DNA of 64,000 nucleotides, from positions 12,307 through 76,306 of the forward strand of contig JBAOHC010000027.1 in NCBI GenBank assembly GCA_037046735.1, written 5' to 3'. This stretch comes from Candidatus Nanopelagicales bacterium. Lineage in GTDB: Bacteria; Actinomycetota; Actinomycetes; S36-B12; UBA10799. The notes under the pieces are model-generated. The model saw nothing but the letters and a program-made list of their open reading frames with translations. It searched no databases and was not told where the DNA came from. The translations under genes were made by a program, and so were the position numbers. Positions 7,248 to 16,821 of the stretch are shown here, piece by piece. Numbering within the stretch: the stretch's first letter is position 1; every line of letters begins with the position of its first letter.

Positions 7248-9953
7248 GGAGTAGTCGACGACCCCTCGTTTGAGCAGATCAGCGGCCTTGTGCGCGGTTG
7301 CCCGGACGGGATCGTCGGGCGCGGCTGCTCCGGCGATCTGGCCCAGGCAATCGATCACTTGCTTACACCAGCGCACAAAATCGCCGGCCGGCAGATCACT
7401 GCCAGACAGCACCGAGGTGAGGCTCTGATTACTGGCCCACTGGTACACCGCCCAGCAGAAGCCGAGATCCGGCTCAGAGGTCGGCTTGACCTTGAACTCG
7501 CTTTCCAACGCTTCGATGCTCGCCCAGATGTGCACCTGCTCGGCCAGAACTGCGCGCACCGGGCCCTTGGGCAGGCGGGGCGCCAGATCCTCATCCGTGC
7601 GGGACTCGAAGACGAGAGCGGACACACATGCCGCCAACTCCGGTGGTGTCATCTGCGACCACAGACCCCGGCGCAGGCACTCGGCAATGACCAGCGACCG
7701 ATCGGTGTACAACCTGCCCAGCATCTGTCCGTCCGGGGGCACCAGCAGATCCTCGCCGTCGGCCTGTAGGTAACCCAGTTCCACCAGCACCGCACAGATC
7801 TGGTCGAACTGCCGGGCGATGGTGTTCGTGCGTCCGTCCACCCGACGGGTCAGGTTGTCATTCTCCCGCTGGAGCTTGGCAGCACGCTCCGCCCACCGGG
7901 CATGCAACTCCCGATCGTCGCAGCCGTGACAGGGGTGCTTGCGAAGTCGTGCTCGCAGTCGGGCGATCTCGACGTCGTTGCCGCTGTCGCGCACGCGCGG
8001 TGGGCGCACATTGGTGTGCCGGCCGGACAGTTCGCGCAGCGTGGCGGACAGGACTTTGCGGGCATTCGCGCTGCGCGGATGGAAGTCGCGCGGAATCCGG
8101 ATCCGGTCGACGACCACCGCGGGCGCTGGGAAGTCGGCGGCAGTGACCCTGCGCACCTGCCGGTCGACGGTGAGCACCTGCGGACGCGGCTCCCCCGACT
8201 CGTCGACTCCCACCTCCACGACGACGGCCAAACCGGTGCGCCGACCGGCCGGGATGGCGATGACGTCACCGGGGACGAGCCGCTCCAGTGACTGCGCGGC
8301 GTGGGCCCGCGACAGCCGGGCGGACTCCCGCGAGGTGCTCTTCTCGAGAGCATTGAGCTCCGAGCGGATCGCCCCGTACTCACCGAAGTCCCCGAGATGG
8401 CATTGCATGGCTTCCCGGTAGCCGGCGATGACGTTCTCGTTGCGTTTGATCTGGGCGGCGAGGCCGACCACCGATTGGTCGCTCTGATACTGCGCGAAAG
8501 ACGTCTCCAGGATCTCGCGTGAGATCCGCCGTCCCACTCGGCGAACGAGGTTCACGGCCATGTTGTACGTCGGCCGGAAGGAGGACCGCAGCGGGTAGGT
8601 GCGGGTGGATGCCAGTCCGGCCAGATGGTTCGGCGCAACATTCGGCCCGAACAGGACGACAGCATGCCCCTCGACATCGATGCCCCGGCGTCCGGCCCGC
8701 CCGGTGAGCTGGGTGTACTCCCCCGGCGTGATGTCCGCGTGGGTCTGCCCGTTCCACTTCACCAGCCGTTCCAGGACCACTGTGCGCGCGGGCATGTTGA
8801 TGCCCAGCGCCAGCGTCTCGGTGGCGAAAACCACCTTGAGCAGTGCCTGCTGGAACAGTTCCTCGACGACCTCCTTGAAGATCGGCAGCATCCCGGCGTG
8901 GTGAGCGGCCACCCCGCGCTGCAGCGAGTCGCTGAACTCCCCGAAGCCCACCGCGAGCAGGTCGGCTTCCGGGATCACCGCGCACCGTGCCTGCACGACC
9001 GCGGCGATGCGCTCGCGCTCCTCCGGGGAGGTTAACCGCACCCCGGCCGCGGCCAGTTGTCGCGTCGCATCCTGGGTGGCCGCCCGCGAGAAGATGAAGT
9101 AGATCGCGGGCAGCAGGTCGGAGGCCTCGAGCCGCTCGACCACGTCGAATCGCGACGGTGGTCGTGGGGAGCGTGGGCGGCGGCCGTGCCGATCCGGACG
9201 GTGCGACTGTCCGTCGCGTGGGCGCCGGAAGTCCCCGCTGAGGCGCTGCAACTCGGGGTTGACGGTGCGCTGGTCGTCATCAGTGAACAGGTCGTAGAGG
9301 CGGTTGCCGGCCATCACGTGTTGCCACAGGGGAACCGGGCGGTGCTCCTCGACGACGATCTCGGTGTCACCGCGGACCGTGGCCATCCACGCTCCGAACT
9401 CTTCAACGTTGCTCACCGTCGCCGACAGGGCGGCGATGTTCACGCTCTCGGGCAACTGGATGATCAGTTCTTCCCAGACCGCCCCCCGCTCCCGATCTGC
9501 CAGGTAGTGCACTTCATCCAGGACGACGTAGCCGAGTCCCACGAGGTCCGCCGACGACTCGTACACCATGTTGCGCAGTACCTCGGTGGTCATCACCACA
9601 GTGCTGGCGTGGCCGTTGATGGCCACGTCACCGGTCAGCAGCCCGACCTCCGACTCCCCGTAGATCTGCACGAGGTCGCGGTACTTCTGATTGCTCAGCG
9701 CCTTGATCGGGGTTGTGTAGAAGGCCTTGCGGCCCGTGGCCATGGCGAGGTGAACCGCGAACTCCCCCACGACGGTCTTCCCGCTGCCCGTCGGGGCTGC
9801 CACCAACACGTCCCGGCCAGCGTCCAGCGCCTCACAGGCACGCACCTGGAAGTCGTCGAGACCGAAGTCGTACCGCTGGCGGAAGCTGGCCAGGTGGGGG
9901 CTGGAGCGGGTTCGGCGCCGGGCTGCTGAATAGCGCTCCGCAGGGGTGGCCAT
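7236..9953 (-). CDS. helY: Ski2-like DEVH-box ATP-dependent RNA helicase HelY
   Basis: AAPTGSGKT Walker A and VLDEVHYL box, about 905 aa. The start is at ATG 9953. The position next to tatC matches mycobacterial synteny. Confidence 0.9.
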   Translation of the reverse strand: MATPAERYSAARRRTRSSPHLASFRQRYDFGLDDFQVRACEALDAGRDVLVAAPTGSGKTVVGEFAVHLAMATGRKAFYTTPIKALSNQKYRDLVQIYGESEVGLLTGDVAINGHASTVVMTTEVLRNMVYESSADLVGLGYVVLDEVHYLADRERGAVWEELIIQLPESVNIAALSATVSNVEEFGAWMATVRGDTEIVVEEHRPVPLWQHVMAGNRLYDLFTDDDQRTVNPELQRLSGDFRRPRDGQSHRPDRHGRRPRSPRPPSRFDVVERLEASDLLPAIYFIFSRAATQDATRQLAAAGVRLTSPEERERIAAVVQARCAVIPEADLLAVGFGEFSDSLQRGVAAHHAGMLPIFKEVVEELFQQALLKVVFATETLALGINMPARTVVLERLVKWNGQTHADITPGEYTQLTGRAGRRGIDVEGHAVVLFGPNVAPNHLAGLASTRTYPLRSSFRPTYNMAVNLVRRVGRRISREILETSFAQYQSDQSVVGLAAQIKRNENVIAGYREAMQCHLGDFGEYGAIRSELNALEKSTSRESARLSRAHAAQSLERLVPGDVIAIPAGRRTGLAVVVEVGVDESGEPRPQVLTVDRQVRRVTAADFPAPAVVVDRIRIPRDFHPRSANARKVLSATLRELSGRHTNVRPPRVRDSGNDVEIARLRARLRKHPCHGCDDRELHARWAERAAKLQRENDNLTRRVDGRTNTIARQFDQICAVLVELGYLQADGEDLLVPPDGQMLGRLYTDRSLVIAECLRRGLWSQMTPPELAACVSALVFESRTDEDLAPRLPKGPVRAVLAEQVHIWASIEALESEFKVKPTSEPDLGFCWAVYQWASNQSLTSVLSGSDLPAGDFVRWCKQVIDCLGQIAGAAAPDDPVRATAHKAADLLKRGVVDYSSEV

Positions 9954-9969
9954 ACCGCCCACCCTACGT

Positions 9970-10863
9970 CTAACTGACGCTGGCGAAGACCCGCAAGCCG
10001 CGTGGCACGACATCGACATCGACCGGCAGCGGGCCCACCCGCTCCCCGTCGGCGTAGGCGGTCTGGCCGGGGGCCTCGATGTGCAGGGATGCGCCGCGCA
10101 GCGTCCGCACCGAGGGGTGATGGATGTGGCTGCCCTTGAAGACGCGCGGGAAGATGCGCAGGAAGGTCAGCTTGCTGGTTCGCGTGAGGAACGTCAGATC
10201 CAGCAGGCCGTCATCCGGGATGGCGGTGGGGCAGACATACATGCCGCCGCCGTAGCTGGAGCCGTTGCCGATGGCCAGCATCATGCCCTCGCTGCGAAAG
10301 GTCTGCCCATCGACCGTGATCTGGAACGGGGCTGGCTGGAAGACCCGAAGCTCGGCCAAGGTGGCGATCAGATAGCGGCTGGTCCCGGTCGGCCAGGTCA
10401 TGGTGTTGGCCCGTTCGGTGACCTCGGAGTCGAAACCGGCGCTCATCACGGCCAGGAAAGCCTTGTCCACGCCGTCGCTGCTGCGGACCATCCCGTAGTC
10501 GACCTGGCGCGTGCGGCCATCGGCGATGACGTCCGCGGCCGCCTGCACGTCGTTGCGCGGCAGGCCCAGCGTGCGGGCGATGTCGTCTCCGGTGCCCAAG
10601 GGGATGATGCCCAACGTGACGTCGGTCCCGGCCACGGCCTGCAGCGCGCAATGGACCGTACCGTCGCCTCCGCAGGCGATGAGGGCGTCGATGCCGTCCG
10701 CCACCGCCTGCTGTGCCAGCGCCAGACTGCCCTGCGCACTGTCGCCGGTCAACTCCGTGACCTGCACCCCGCGACTGCGCAGTCGTTGCACCGCTAGCGG
10801 CGCGTTCTTCGCGCTGCGGCCCTTGCCAGACGTCGGGTTGATCAGGATCGCCGCGTTGAGCAC
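9970..10863 (-). CDS. diacylglycerol/lipid kinase family protein
   Basis: LINPTSGKG N-terminus and ACGGDGTV motif. Confidence 0.85.
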   Translation of the reverse strand: MLNAAILINPTSGKGRSAKNAPLAVQRLRSRGVQVTELTGDSAQGSLALAQQAVADGIDALIACGGDGTVHCALQAVAGTDVTLGIIPLGTGDDIARTLGLPRNDVQAAADVIADGRTRQVDYGMVRSSDGVDKAFLAVMSAGFDSEVTERANTMTWPTGTSRYLIATLAELRVFQPAPFQITVDGQTFRSEGMMLAIGNGSSYGGGMYVCPTAIPDDGLLDLTFLTRTSKLTFLRIFPRVFKGSHIHHPSVRTLRGASLHIEAPGQTAYADGERVGPLPVDVDVVPRGLRVFASVS

Positions 10864-10872
10864 CCCTGCACG

Positions 10873-11722
10873 CTACATGCGGCTGGCATCGTCATCATCG
10901 ACCGACTCAGGGATCGGCGAGATGTCGTCATCGTCCCAGTCGTCGTAGTCCGGTTCACCGTGGCGAGCGCGGCGGCGATCATTGAACAAGCAGAAGACGA
11001 CCGCGGCGCCCACGAGTACCAGGATCGGCGTGGCCAGCAGCAGCATGTTGATGGGATCGCCGGTGGGCGTGGCAACGGCGGCGAAGACGAAGACGCCGAA
11101 GATGATGTAGCGCCACGCGGCGGCCAGGCGTTTGCCGCTGAGGATGCCCATGACGTTGAGCCCCACGATGAACAGCGGGGTGAGGAATCCGACGCCGAAG
11201 ACGAGCACCATGCGCAGGAAGAACGACAGGTAACGGTCCACCGGCAGGTAGTTGCCGACGTCCTGCGGGGTGAACCCGAGCAGGACCTCCAGGCCCTTGG
11301 GCATCACCAGGTAGGCAAGGACCACACCACCGAGGAACAGGGGCACGCTGATGCCGGCGAAGACGAACACCCAGCGGCGTTCCTTGGAGTGCAGACCGGG
11401 GGTGACGAACGCCCAGAGCTGATAGATCCACACCGGCGAGGAGAGCACCAGGCCGGTCATCACGGCGATCTTCACCTGCAACATGAAGGCATCGGCGACG
11501 CCGGTCATGACCAACTTGACGTCGCGGCCCTCGGCAGCGGCTTCGGTGACCACTTGCTCGATCGGTCGGCTCACCACGTCGAAGATCTGTACGTAGTAGA
11601 TCCAGCCGACCACAGAGCCCAAGGCCGATAGCGATCAGGCTGACGACCAGACGGCGCCGCAACTCGCGCAGATGCTCGGCCAGCGGCATCTGCGCTCGCG
11701 CGTGCTGCACGGTCGCGGTCAT
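10873..11722 (-). pseudogene. tatC: twin-arginine translocase subunit TatC, interrupted by a 1-nt frameshift (or assembly indel)
   Basis: The N-terminus MTATVQHARAQMPLAEHLRELRRRLVVSLIAIGLG is in the frame of ATG 11722. The remaining ~245 codons (SVVGWIYYVQIFDVV...) are in the frame of ORF 10873-11622. Removing one C from the CCC run at 11618-11620 (+ strand) joins them. Confidence 0.8.
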
Positions 11723-11767
11723 GGGACTCAGGTCTGGGAGGGTTTGTTGGCCTCTGTCACCGGGCTC

Positions 11768-11977
11768 TCAGCGACGGCCGGAGGCGGGCGGTGTGGTGGC
11801 GGCGTCGACAGGGGCCGGCGCTGGGGTGTCCGGCTCCGTGAGCCCCTTGGTCTCGGCTTTGAAGATGCGCAGCGACCGGCCGATCCCGCGGGCCGCATCG
11901 GGTAGCCGGCGGGCACCGAACAACAGCACCACCAGCAGGATGAGGATCAGCCACTCTGACCCACGAAGGTTAGGCAT
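11768..11977 (-). CDS. tatA: twin-arginine translocase subunit TatA/E
   Basis: 69 aa. LILILLVVLLFGARRLPDAARGIGRSLRIFKAETKG is a canonical TatA TM helix plus amphipathic helix. Confidence 0.9.
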   Translation of the reverse strand: MPNLRGSEWLILILLVVLLFGARRLPDAARGIGRSLRIFKAETKGLTEPDTPAPAPVDAATTPPASGRR

Positions 11978-12130
11978 GGGTCAAGAGTACGCCGTAAACG
12001 CCCCGGGGTGGACATTGCGATCTCGTACGAAAGGTCGGGCCGGTTGACATCGCGCGTTGGCGTTCCTTCCCAGGACGCGGTGAGGCCGCTGTGGCGCCCC
12101 GAGGAAGCGCGTGGACCCAGCTGTCCACCG

Positions 12131-12189
12131 CAGCAATTGGGCATTAGGTGCGATTCCACGCGGCGTGTCACAGCAACAACTGCCCAATC
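12131..12189 (-). repeat. 59-nt structured intergenic repeat, copy A
   Basis: The reverse complement gattgggcagttgttgctgtgacacgccgcgtggaatcgcacctaatgcccaattgctg aligns ungapped with 55356-55414 (50/59 by hand). It contains nested inverted repeats and is followed by a GC hairpin (gtggac/gtccac). Confidence 0.6.
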
Positions 12190-12230
12190 GCTGCAGAAAA
12201 AGCCCCCATCACCACGGGCCATCGGGACGC

Positions 12231-12548
12231 TCAGTGCGAGATCAAGTGCGGCACGATCACGTCGTGGATGTCCAGCCACAGCGCGAAGTCGAGGACGTCG
12301 TCGTAGCAGATGGGCAGTCCGTAGTGAGTCTCGAAAGCCTCACCGGGAACGTGATCGATAACCACTCCGGCACTGGACAGCAGCGCAACCACCTCGTCGT
12401 CGGCGGACTTCTCGATCAGGTCCTGGCATGATGCGCATTTGAACGTGTAGGTGGCCCACCCGGCGGCCTGGGCCACGGTGAGGCGGACCTCGGCGGGGGT
12501 CAGATCGACATCACCACAGATAGGGCATGTCGCCTTGATCGTCGTCAT
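12231..12548 (-). CDS. small hypothetical protein with two CxxC pairs (zinc-ribbon-like)
   Basis: Start at internal ATG 12548 (MTTIKATCPICGDV...FKCASCQD), 105 aa. I recognise no family. Confidence 0.45.
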   Translation of the reverse strand: MTTIKATCPICGDVDLTPAEVRLTVAQAAGWATYTFKCASCQDLIEKSADDEVVALLSSAGVVIDHVPGEAFETHYGLPICYDDVLDFALWLDIHDVIVPHLISH

Positions 12549-12661
12549 TGTGTTCGCCTCCCTTGGCGTGCGCTCTGATAGTGCCTTCGGGAGGAGAATG
12601 CTGGAACTTGAGCCGTGTGTCCTGTTGAAAGGGTCAATCACCCTAAGTAGTCAAGTACCGG

Positions 12662-12682
12662 GCCCGGCGTGTCGGGCTTTTT
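12662..12682. terminator. short GC hairpin with adjacent T5/A5 run
   Basis: gcccg-gcgtgt-cgggc followed by ttttt on the + strand, immediately 3' of the FKBP gene stop (- strand). The strand of action is ambiguous. Confidence 0.3.
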
Positions 12683-12686
12683 GTGC

Positions 12687-13046
12687 TCAGCGGGCGTCGA
12701 GCAGATCGATGACGAAGATCAGCGTCTTGCCGGACAGCCGGTGCCCACCGGACTCACCGTAGGCCAAAGCGGGCGGGATGATGAGCTGGCGGCGTCCGCC
12801 GACCCGCATGCCGGGGATGCCGTCCTGCCAGCCCTGGATCAGACCACGCAGCGGGAACTCGATGGGTTCCCCACGATCCCAGGAGGCGTCGAACTGCTCG
12901 CCGGTGTCGTATTCGACGCCGACGTAATGCACCGTCACCTGGCCGCCGGCGCGGGCCTCGGTGCCGTCGCCGACGACGATGTCCTCGATGACCAACTCAC
13001 CCGGTGCCGGGCCATCCTGAAAGTCGATCTCCGGTTTCGTACTCAT
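12687..13046 (-). CDS. FKBP-type peptidyl-prolyl cis-trans isomerase
   Basis: 119 aa. VHYVGVEYDTGEQFDASWDRGEPIEFPLRGLIQGWQDGIPGMRVGGRRQLIIPPALAYG is a canonical FKBP domain. Confidence 0.9.
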   Translation of the reverse strand: MSTKPEIDFQDGPAPGELVIEDIVVGDGTEARAGGQVTVHYVGVEYDTGEQFDASWDRGEPIEFPLRGLIQGWQDGIPGMRVGGRRQLIIPPALAYGESGGHRLSGKTLIFVIDLLDAR

Positions 13047-13594
13047 GACGCCACCTTCTCCACATCCACAACGAAAACGAGGGTCTCATTGGGCCCGATG
13101 ACCGGAGGCGAACCCTGCTCCCCGTAGCCCTTGTCCGGTGGGATGACCAGCAGCACCCGGGAGCCTTCGGTGGCACCCACCAGGCCCTCCTGCCAGCCGG
13201 AGATAACACCCTGCAGCGGGAACTCGATGGGCTGGCCTGCATTGTTGGCCCAGGAACTGTCGAACTCCTGGCCGTTGGACCAGGCCACTCCCGCGTACTG
13301 CACCGAAACGACGGAGTTCGCGCTGATCTCCTTGCCGTCCCCGGGACTGAGTTCCTTGACGACCAGTTGCGTCGGTGGCGTTACCGCCGAGTCGACGGTG
13401 ATAGTTGGCTGTTGCCCCGGTTCCCCGGAGACCGTGACACCCTCAACGACGGCATCCCCGCTCGGCGCGGCGACGCTGGCACTCGGCGACGGCGAGGTGC
13501 TCGCAGTCGATCCGGAGTCGGAGCCGCAGCCCGACAGGGCCAGTGCCGGCACGAGCAGCACGGCAGCGAAGAGAGAACGATGCATGGGCATCAC
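13043..13594 (-). CDS. FKBP-type peptidyl-prolyl isomerase, putative lipoprotein
   Basis: Signal peptide with lipobox LALSGC, then an FKBP domain (VQYAGVAWSNGQEFDSSW...GVISGWQEGLVG). There is a 4-nt overlap with the next gene. Confidence 0.85.
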   Translation of the reverse strand: MMPMHRSLFAAVLLVPALALSGCGSDSGSTASTSPSPSASVAAPSGDAVVEGVTVSGEPGQQPTITVDSAVTPPTQLVVKELSPGDGKEISANSVVSVQYAGVAWSNGQEFDSSWANNAGQPIEFPLQGVISGWQEGLVGATEGSRVLLVIPPDKGYGEQGSPPVIGPNETLVFVVDVEKVAS

Positions 13595-13628
13595 CCTACG
13601 TGGCTGGCAGGGATGCTCAGAAGCGGGG

Positions 13629-15005
13629 TCACATGGACGCGATCAGCCGTTCCACCCGCTCATCAACGCTCTTGAACGGGTCCTTGCACAACACTGTGCG
13701 TTGCGCCTGATCGTTGAGTTTCAGATGCACCCAGTCGACGGTGAAGTCGCGGCGTTTCTCCTGCGCGCGCTTGATGAAGTCTCCGCGCAGTTTGGCTCGG
13801 GTCGTCTGTGGCGGCACTGACTTCGCTTCGAAGACCGCCACGTCGTGCGTGACCCGTTCCACCAGACCCCTGCGCTCCAGCAAGTAGTACAGGCCGCGGC
13901 TGCGGCTGATGTCGTGGTAGGCCAGGTCCAGCTGGCTGATCCTGGCGTCGGTGAGGTCCAAGCCGTGCTTGGCCATGTACCGATCCAGGAGTTCTCGTTT
14001 GATGACCCAGTCGATCTCTGTGGCGATGTCCTGCAGCCGGTCGCTCTCGATGGCATCCAGGGTGCGCGACCAGAGGTCCACGACCCGCGAAGGCACACTG
14101 TTCGGATCCGTGAGCAGGCCGTGTCCGCGGGCGAAGGTGTGCACGCGGTCGAGGTACTCGCGCTGCATGTCCAACCCGGAGATGCTGCGGCCGTTGGACA
14201 GCCGGACGAGTTTGCGCCCGGTCGGGTCCTGACTGATGTCGCGGATGCTGCGGATGGGGTTCTCCAGGCTGAGGTCGCGCATCGGGATGCCGGCCTCGAG
14301 CATGCGCAGCACGAGATCGGTGGACCCCACCTTCAGCAAGGTGGTCGTCTCGCTCATGTTGCTGTCCCCGACGATCACGTGCAGGCGCCGGAAGCGCTCA
14401 GCGTCGGCGTGTGGCTCGTCACGGGTGTTGATGATGGGCCGGCTGCGGGTGGTGGCGCTGCTCACCGACTCCCACACGTGTTCAGCGCGTTGACTCACGG
14501 TGTAGGTGGCTCCCCGCGGTGTCTGCAGCACTTTGCCCGCACCGCAGATCAACTGCCGCGACACCAGGAACGGGATGAGCACCTCGGCCAGCCGGAAGAA
14601 CTCGCCCTGTCGGCCCACCAGGTAGTTCTCGTGACAGCCGTAGGAGTTGCCCGCCGAATCGGTGTTGTTCTTGAACAAGTAGATGTCGCCGAGGATCCCC
14701 TCCCCCGCCAGGCGCTGCTCGGCGTCGATCTGCAGACCCTCCAGAATCCGTTCGCCGGCCTTGTCATGGGTGACAAGTTGCACCAGTTCGTCGCACTCCG
14801 CGGTGGCGTATTCGGGATGGGACCCGACATCGAGGTACAGCCGGGACCCGTTGCGCAAGAAGACATTCGAGCTGCGGCCCCAGCTGACCACGCGCCGGAA
14901 CAGGTAGCGGGCGACCTCGTCCGGGGAGAGCCGGCGCTGACCCTGGAACGTGCATGTCACGCCGTACTCGGTTTCGATGCCGAAGATCCGCCGCGACATG
15001 GCCAC
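13629..15005 (-). CDS. pafA: Pup-protein ligase PafA
   Basis: [15 protein letters not shown]-terminus, about 455 aa. It is shorter than the Dop paralogue in the same window. Confidence 0.9.
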   Translation of the reverse strand: MAMSRRIFGIETEYGVTCTFQGQRRLSPDEVARYLFRRVVSWGRSSNVFLRNGSRLYLDVGSHPEYATAECDELVQLVTHDKAGERILEGLQIDAEQRLAGEGILGDIYLFKNNTDSAGNSYGCHENYLVGRQGEFFRLAEVLIPFLVSRQLICGAGKVLQTPRGATYTVSQRAEHVWESVSSATTRSRPIINTRDEPHADAERFRRLHVIVGDSNMSETTTLLKVGSTDLVLRMLEAGIPMRDLSLENPIRSIRDISQDPTGRKLVRLSNGRSISGLDMQREYLDRVHTFARGHGLLTDPNSVPSRVVDLWSRTLDAIESDRLQDIATEIDWVIKRELLDRYMAKHGLDLTDARISQLDLAYHDISRSRGLYYLLERRGLVERVTHDVAVFEAKSVPPQTTRAKLRGDFIKRAQEKRRDFTVDWVHLKLNDQAQRTVLCKDPFKSVDERVERLIASM

Positions 15006-15012
15006 CTCCCCT

Positions 15013-15708
15013 CTATTCGCTGTTCAGCAGACGTTTGAGTTCTTCCCCGGTGATGCGTTTGAATGCCCGCCGCGGCCGGGTGCGATCCAGGACCGCCACC
15101 TCCAGCTGCTTCTCGTCGAGGGTGCGGGGCCCCTGGCCGCCATGTTCGGCCAGCGCCGCCACCGCCATCTGCAGAGCCTGGCGCAGGGACAGATCCGGCT
15201 GCCACTGCTCCTGCAACTGCCCGGCGATGGCCTCCGCGGCACCGCCCATGGCCAGGAAGCCGTGCTCATCGCCGACCGACCCGTCGAAGGTGAGCCGGTA
15301 CAGCTGGTCATGCGCCTCGTCCTCGCCGACCTCGGCGACGATGATCTCGACCTCATAAGGCTTCTGCGCCTCGGTGAACACGGTGCCCAGGGTCTGGGCG
15401 TAGGCGTTGGCCAGGCCCCGGCTGGTGACGTCCGCCCGATCGTAGGAGTAGCCGCGCAGGTCGGCGTAGCGTACGCCGGCAACGCGCAGATTCTCGAACT
15501 CGTTGTACTTGCCGACGGCGGCGAAGGCGATCCGGTCATAGATCTCACTGATCTTGTGCAGGGCCCGGGACGGGTTCTCGGCCACGAAGACGATCCCGCC
15601 GTCGTACTGCGCGACCACGACCGATCGCCCACGGCCGATCCCCTTGCGGGCGTAGTCGGCCTTGTCCTTGATGATCTGCTCGGGCGAGACGTAGAAGGGC
15701 ATCGTCAT
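15013..15708 (-). CDS. prcA: 20S proteasome alpha subunit
   Basis: [25 protein letters not shown]-terminus. ATGA overlap with the prcB stop. Confidence 0.9.
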   Translation of the reverse strand: MTMPFYVSPEQIIKDKADYARKGIGRGRSVVVAQYDGGIVFVAENPSRALHKISEIYDRIAFAAVGKYNEFENLRVAGVRYADLRGYSYDRADVTSRGLANAYAQTLGTVFTEAQKPYEVEIIVAEVGEDEAHDQLYRLTFDGSVGDEHGFLAMGGAAEAIAGQLQEQWQPDLSLRQALQMAVAALAEHGGQGPRTLDEKQLEVAVLDRTRPRRAFKRITGEELKRLLNSE

Positions 15709-16535
15709 GAGGACTCCCCCGTCGCGTTCGCCTGCGGGCCGTCGGGCCGCTGGAACCGCTGCTGGACCACCGAGTCGACCAGCACGCTGAGTTCACGCTC
15801 GGACAGCCGCTGCGCGCCCCCGGTGCCGACCGTGTAGACCACCGGATAGATGCCCCGCGTCAGATCCGGGCCACCGGTGGCCGAGTCATCGTCAGCCGCA
15901 TCGTAGAGGGCCTGCAGACATACCCGCACCGCGTCCTGATCGCTGTGATTGGGCTTGTAGAGCTTCTTCATCGAGCCCCGGGCGAAGGGACTGCCTGAGC
16001 CGACGCTGTGGTAGTCATGCTCCTCGTACCGGCCGCCGGTCACGTCATAGGAGAAGATTCGCCCCTGTCCACGCGCGGCGTCGAAACCGGCGAACAGCGG
16101 GACCACGGCCAGGCCCTGGAAGGCCATGCCCAAGTTTGCCCGGATGAACGAGGCAAGCCGGTTCGCCTTGCCCTCCAGGGACAGCTGGGCGCCTTCGATC
16201 TTCTCGAAGTGCTCGAGTTCGGTCTGGAACAGGCGCACCATCTCCACTGCCAAACCAGCAGTACCGGCGATCCCCACCACGGAGAAATCATCGGCGGGGA
16301 ACACCTTTTCGATGTCGCGTTGCGCGATCACGTTGCCCATCGTGGCCCGCCGGTCACCGGCCATCACCACACCACCGTCGTAGAGGCAGGCGACGATGGT
16401 CGTGCCGTGCGGTGCGTCCACCGGTGCGTTGCCGGGCACCGTCATGGACCACGACGGGTCGTGCTCAGCAAGGAAATCGACGAAAGAAGATCCTGGGCGC
16501 AAGAAGTGCGCGGGCAGGCCTGCGGAGTGTGTCAC
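15705..16535 (-). CDS. prcB: 20S proteasome beta subunit (with propeptide)
   Basis: A propeptide is followed by HG/TTIVA (catalytic Thr). 4-nt overlaps with both pup and prcA. Confidence 0.9.
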   Translation of the reverse strand: MTHSAGLPAHFLRPGSSFVDFLAEHDPSWSMTVPGNAPVDAPHGTTIVACLYDGGVVMAGDRRATMGNVIAQRDIEKVFPADDFSVVGIAGTAGLAVEMVRLFQTELEHFEKIEGAQLSLEGKANRLASFIRANLGMAFQGLAVVPLFAGFDAARGQGRIFSYDVTGGRYEEHDYHSVGSGSPFARGSMKKLYKPNHSDQDAVRVCLQALYDAADDDSATGGPDLTRGIYPVVYTVGTGGAQRLSERELSVLVDSVVQQRFQRPDGPQANATGESS

Positions 16536-16735
16536 TGGCCACCCTTCTGAACGAAACTGGCCACGAACTCCTCGGCGTTCTCCTCCAGGACGTCATCGAT
16601 CTCGTCGAGGATGGAGTCGACGTCGGCGTCGAGTTCGGCCTTGCGCGCAGCGGCAGCCTCGATCTCCTCGCCCACGATGTCTTCGGACTCCCGGGTCGTC
16701 TGGGGCCGTTGCTTGTGCTGTTGTCCGTCTGCCAT
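16532..16735 (-). CDS. pup: prokaryotic ubiquitin-like protein Pup (C-terminal GGQ)
   Basis: 67 aa, acidic, ending in FVQKGGQ. A GGAGG RBS lies upstream. Confidence 0.95.
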   Translation of the reverse strand: MADGQQHKQRPQTTRESEDIVGEEIEAAAARKAELDADVDSILDEIDDVLEENAEEFVASFVQKGGQ

Positions 16736-16821
16736 GAGACACCTCCGAACTCAAACCCTAGTCGCTTCCGGTGTTGCGGGCACCTACGCCGAACCTTCGA
16801 TTTCACCGATAGCCTGATGAA

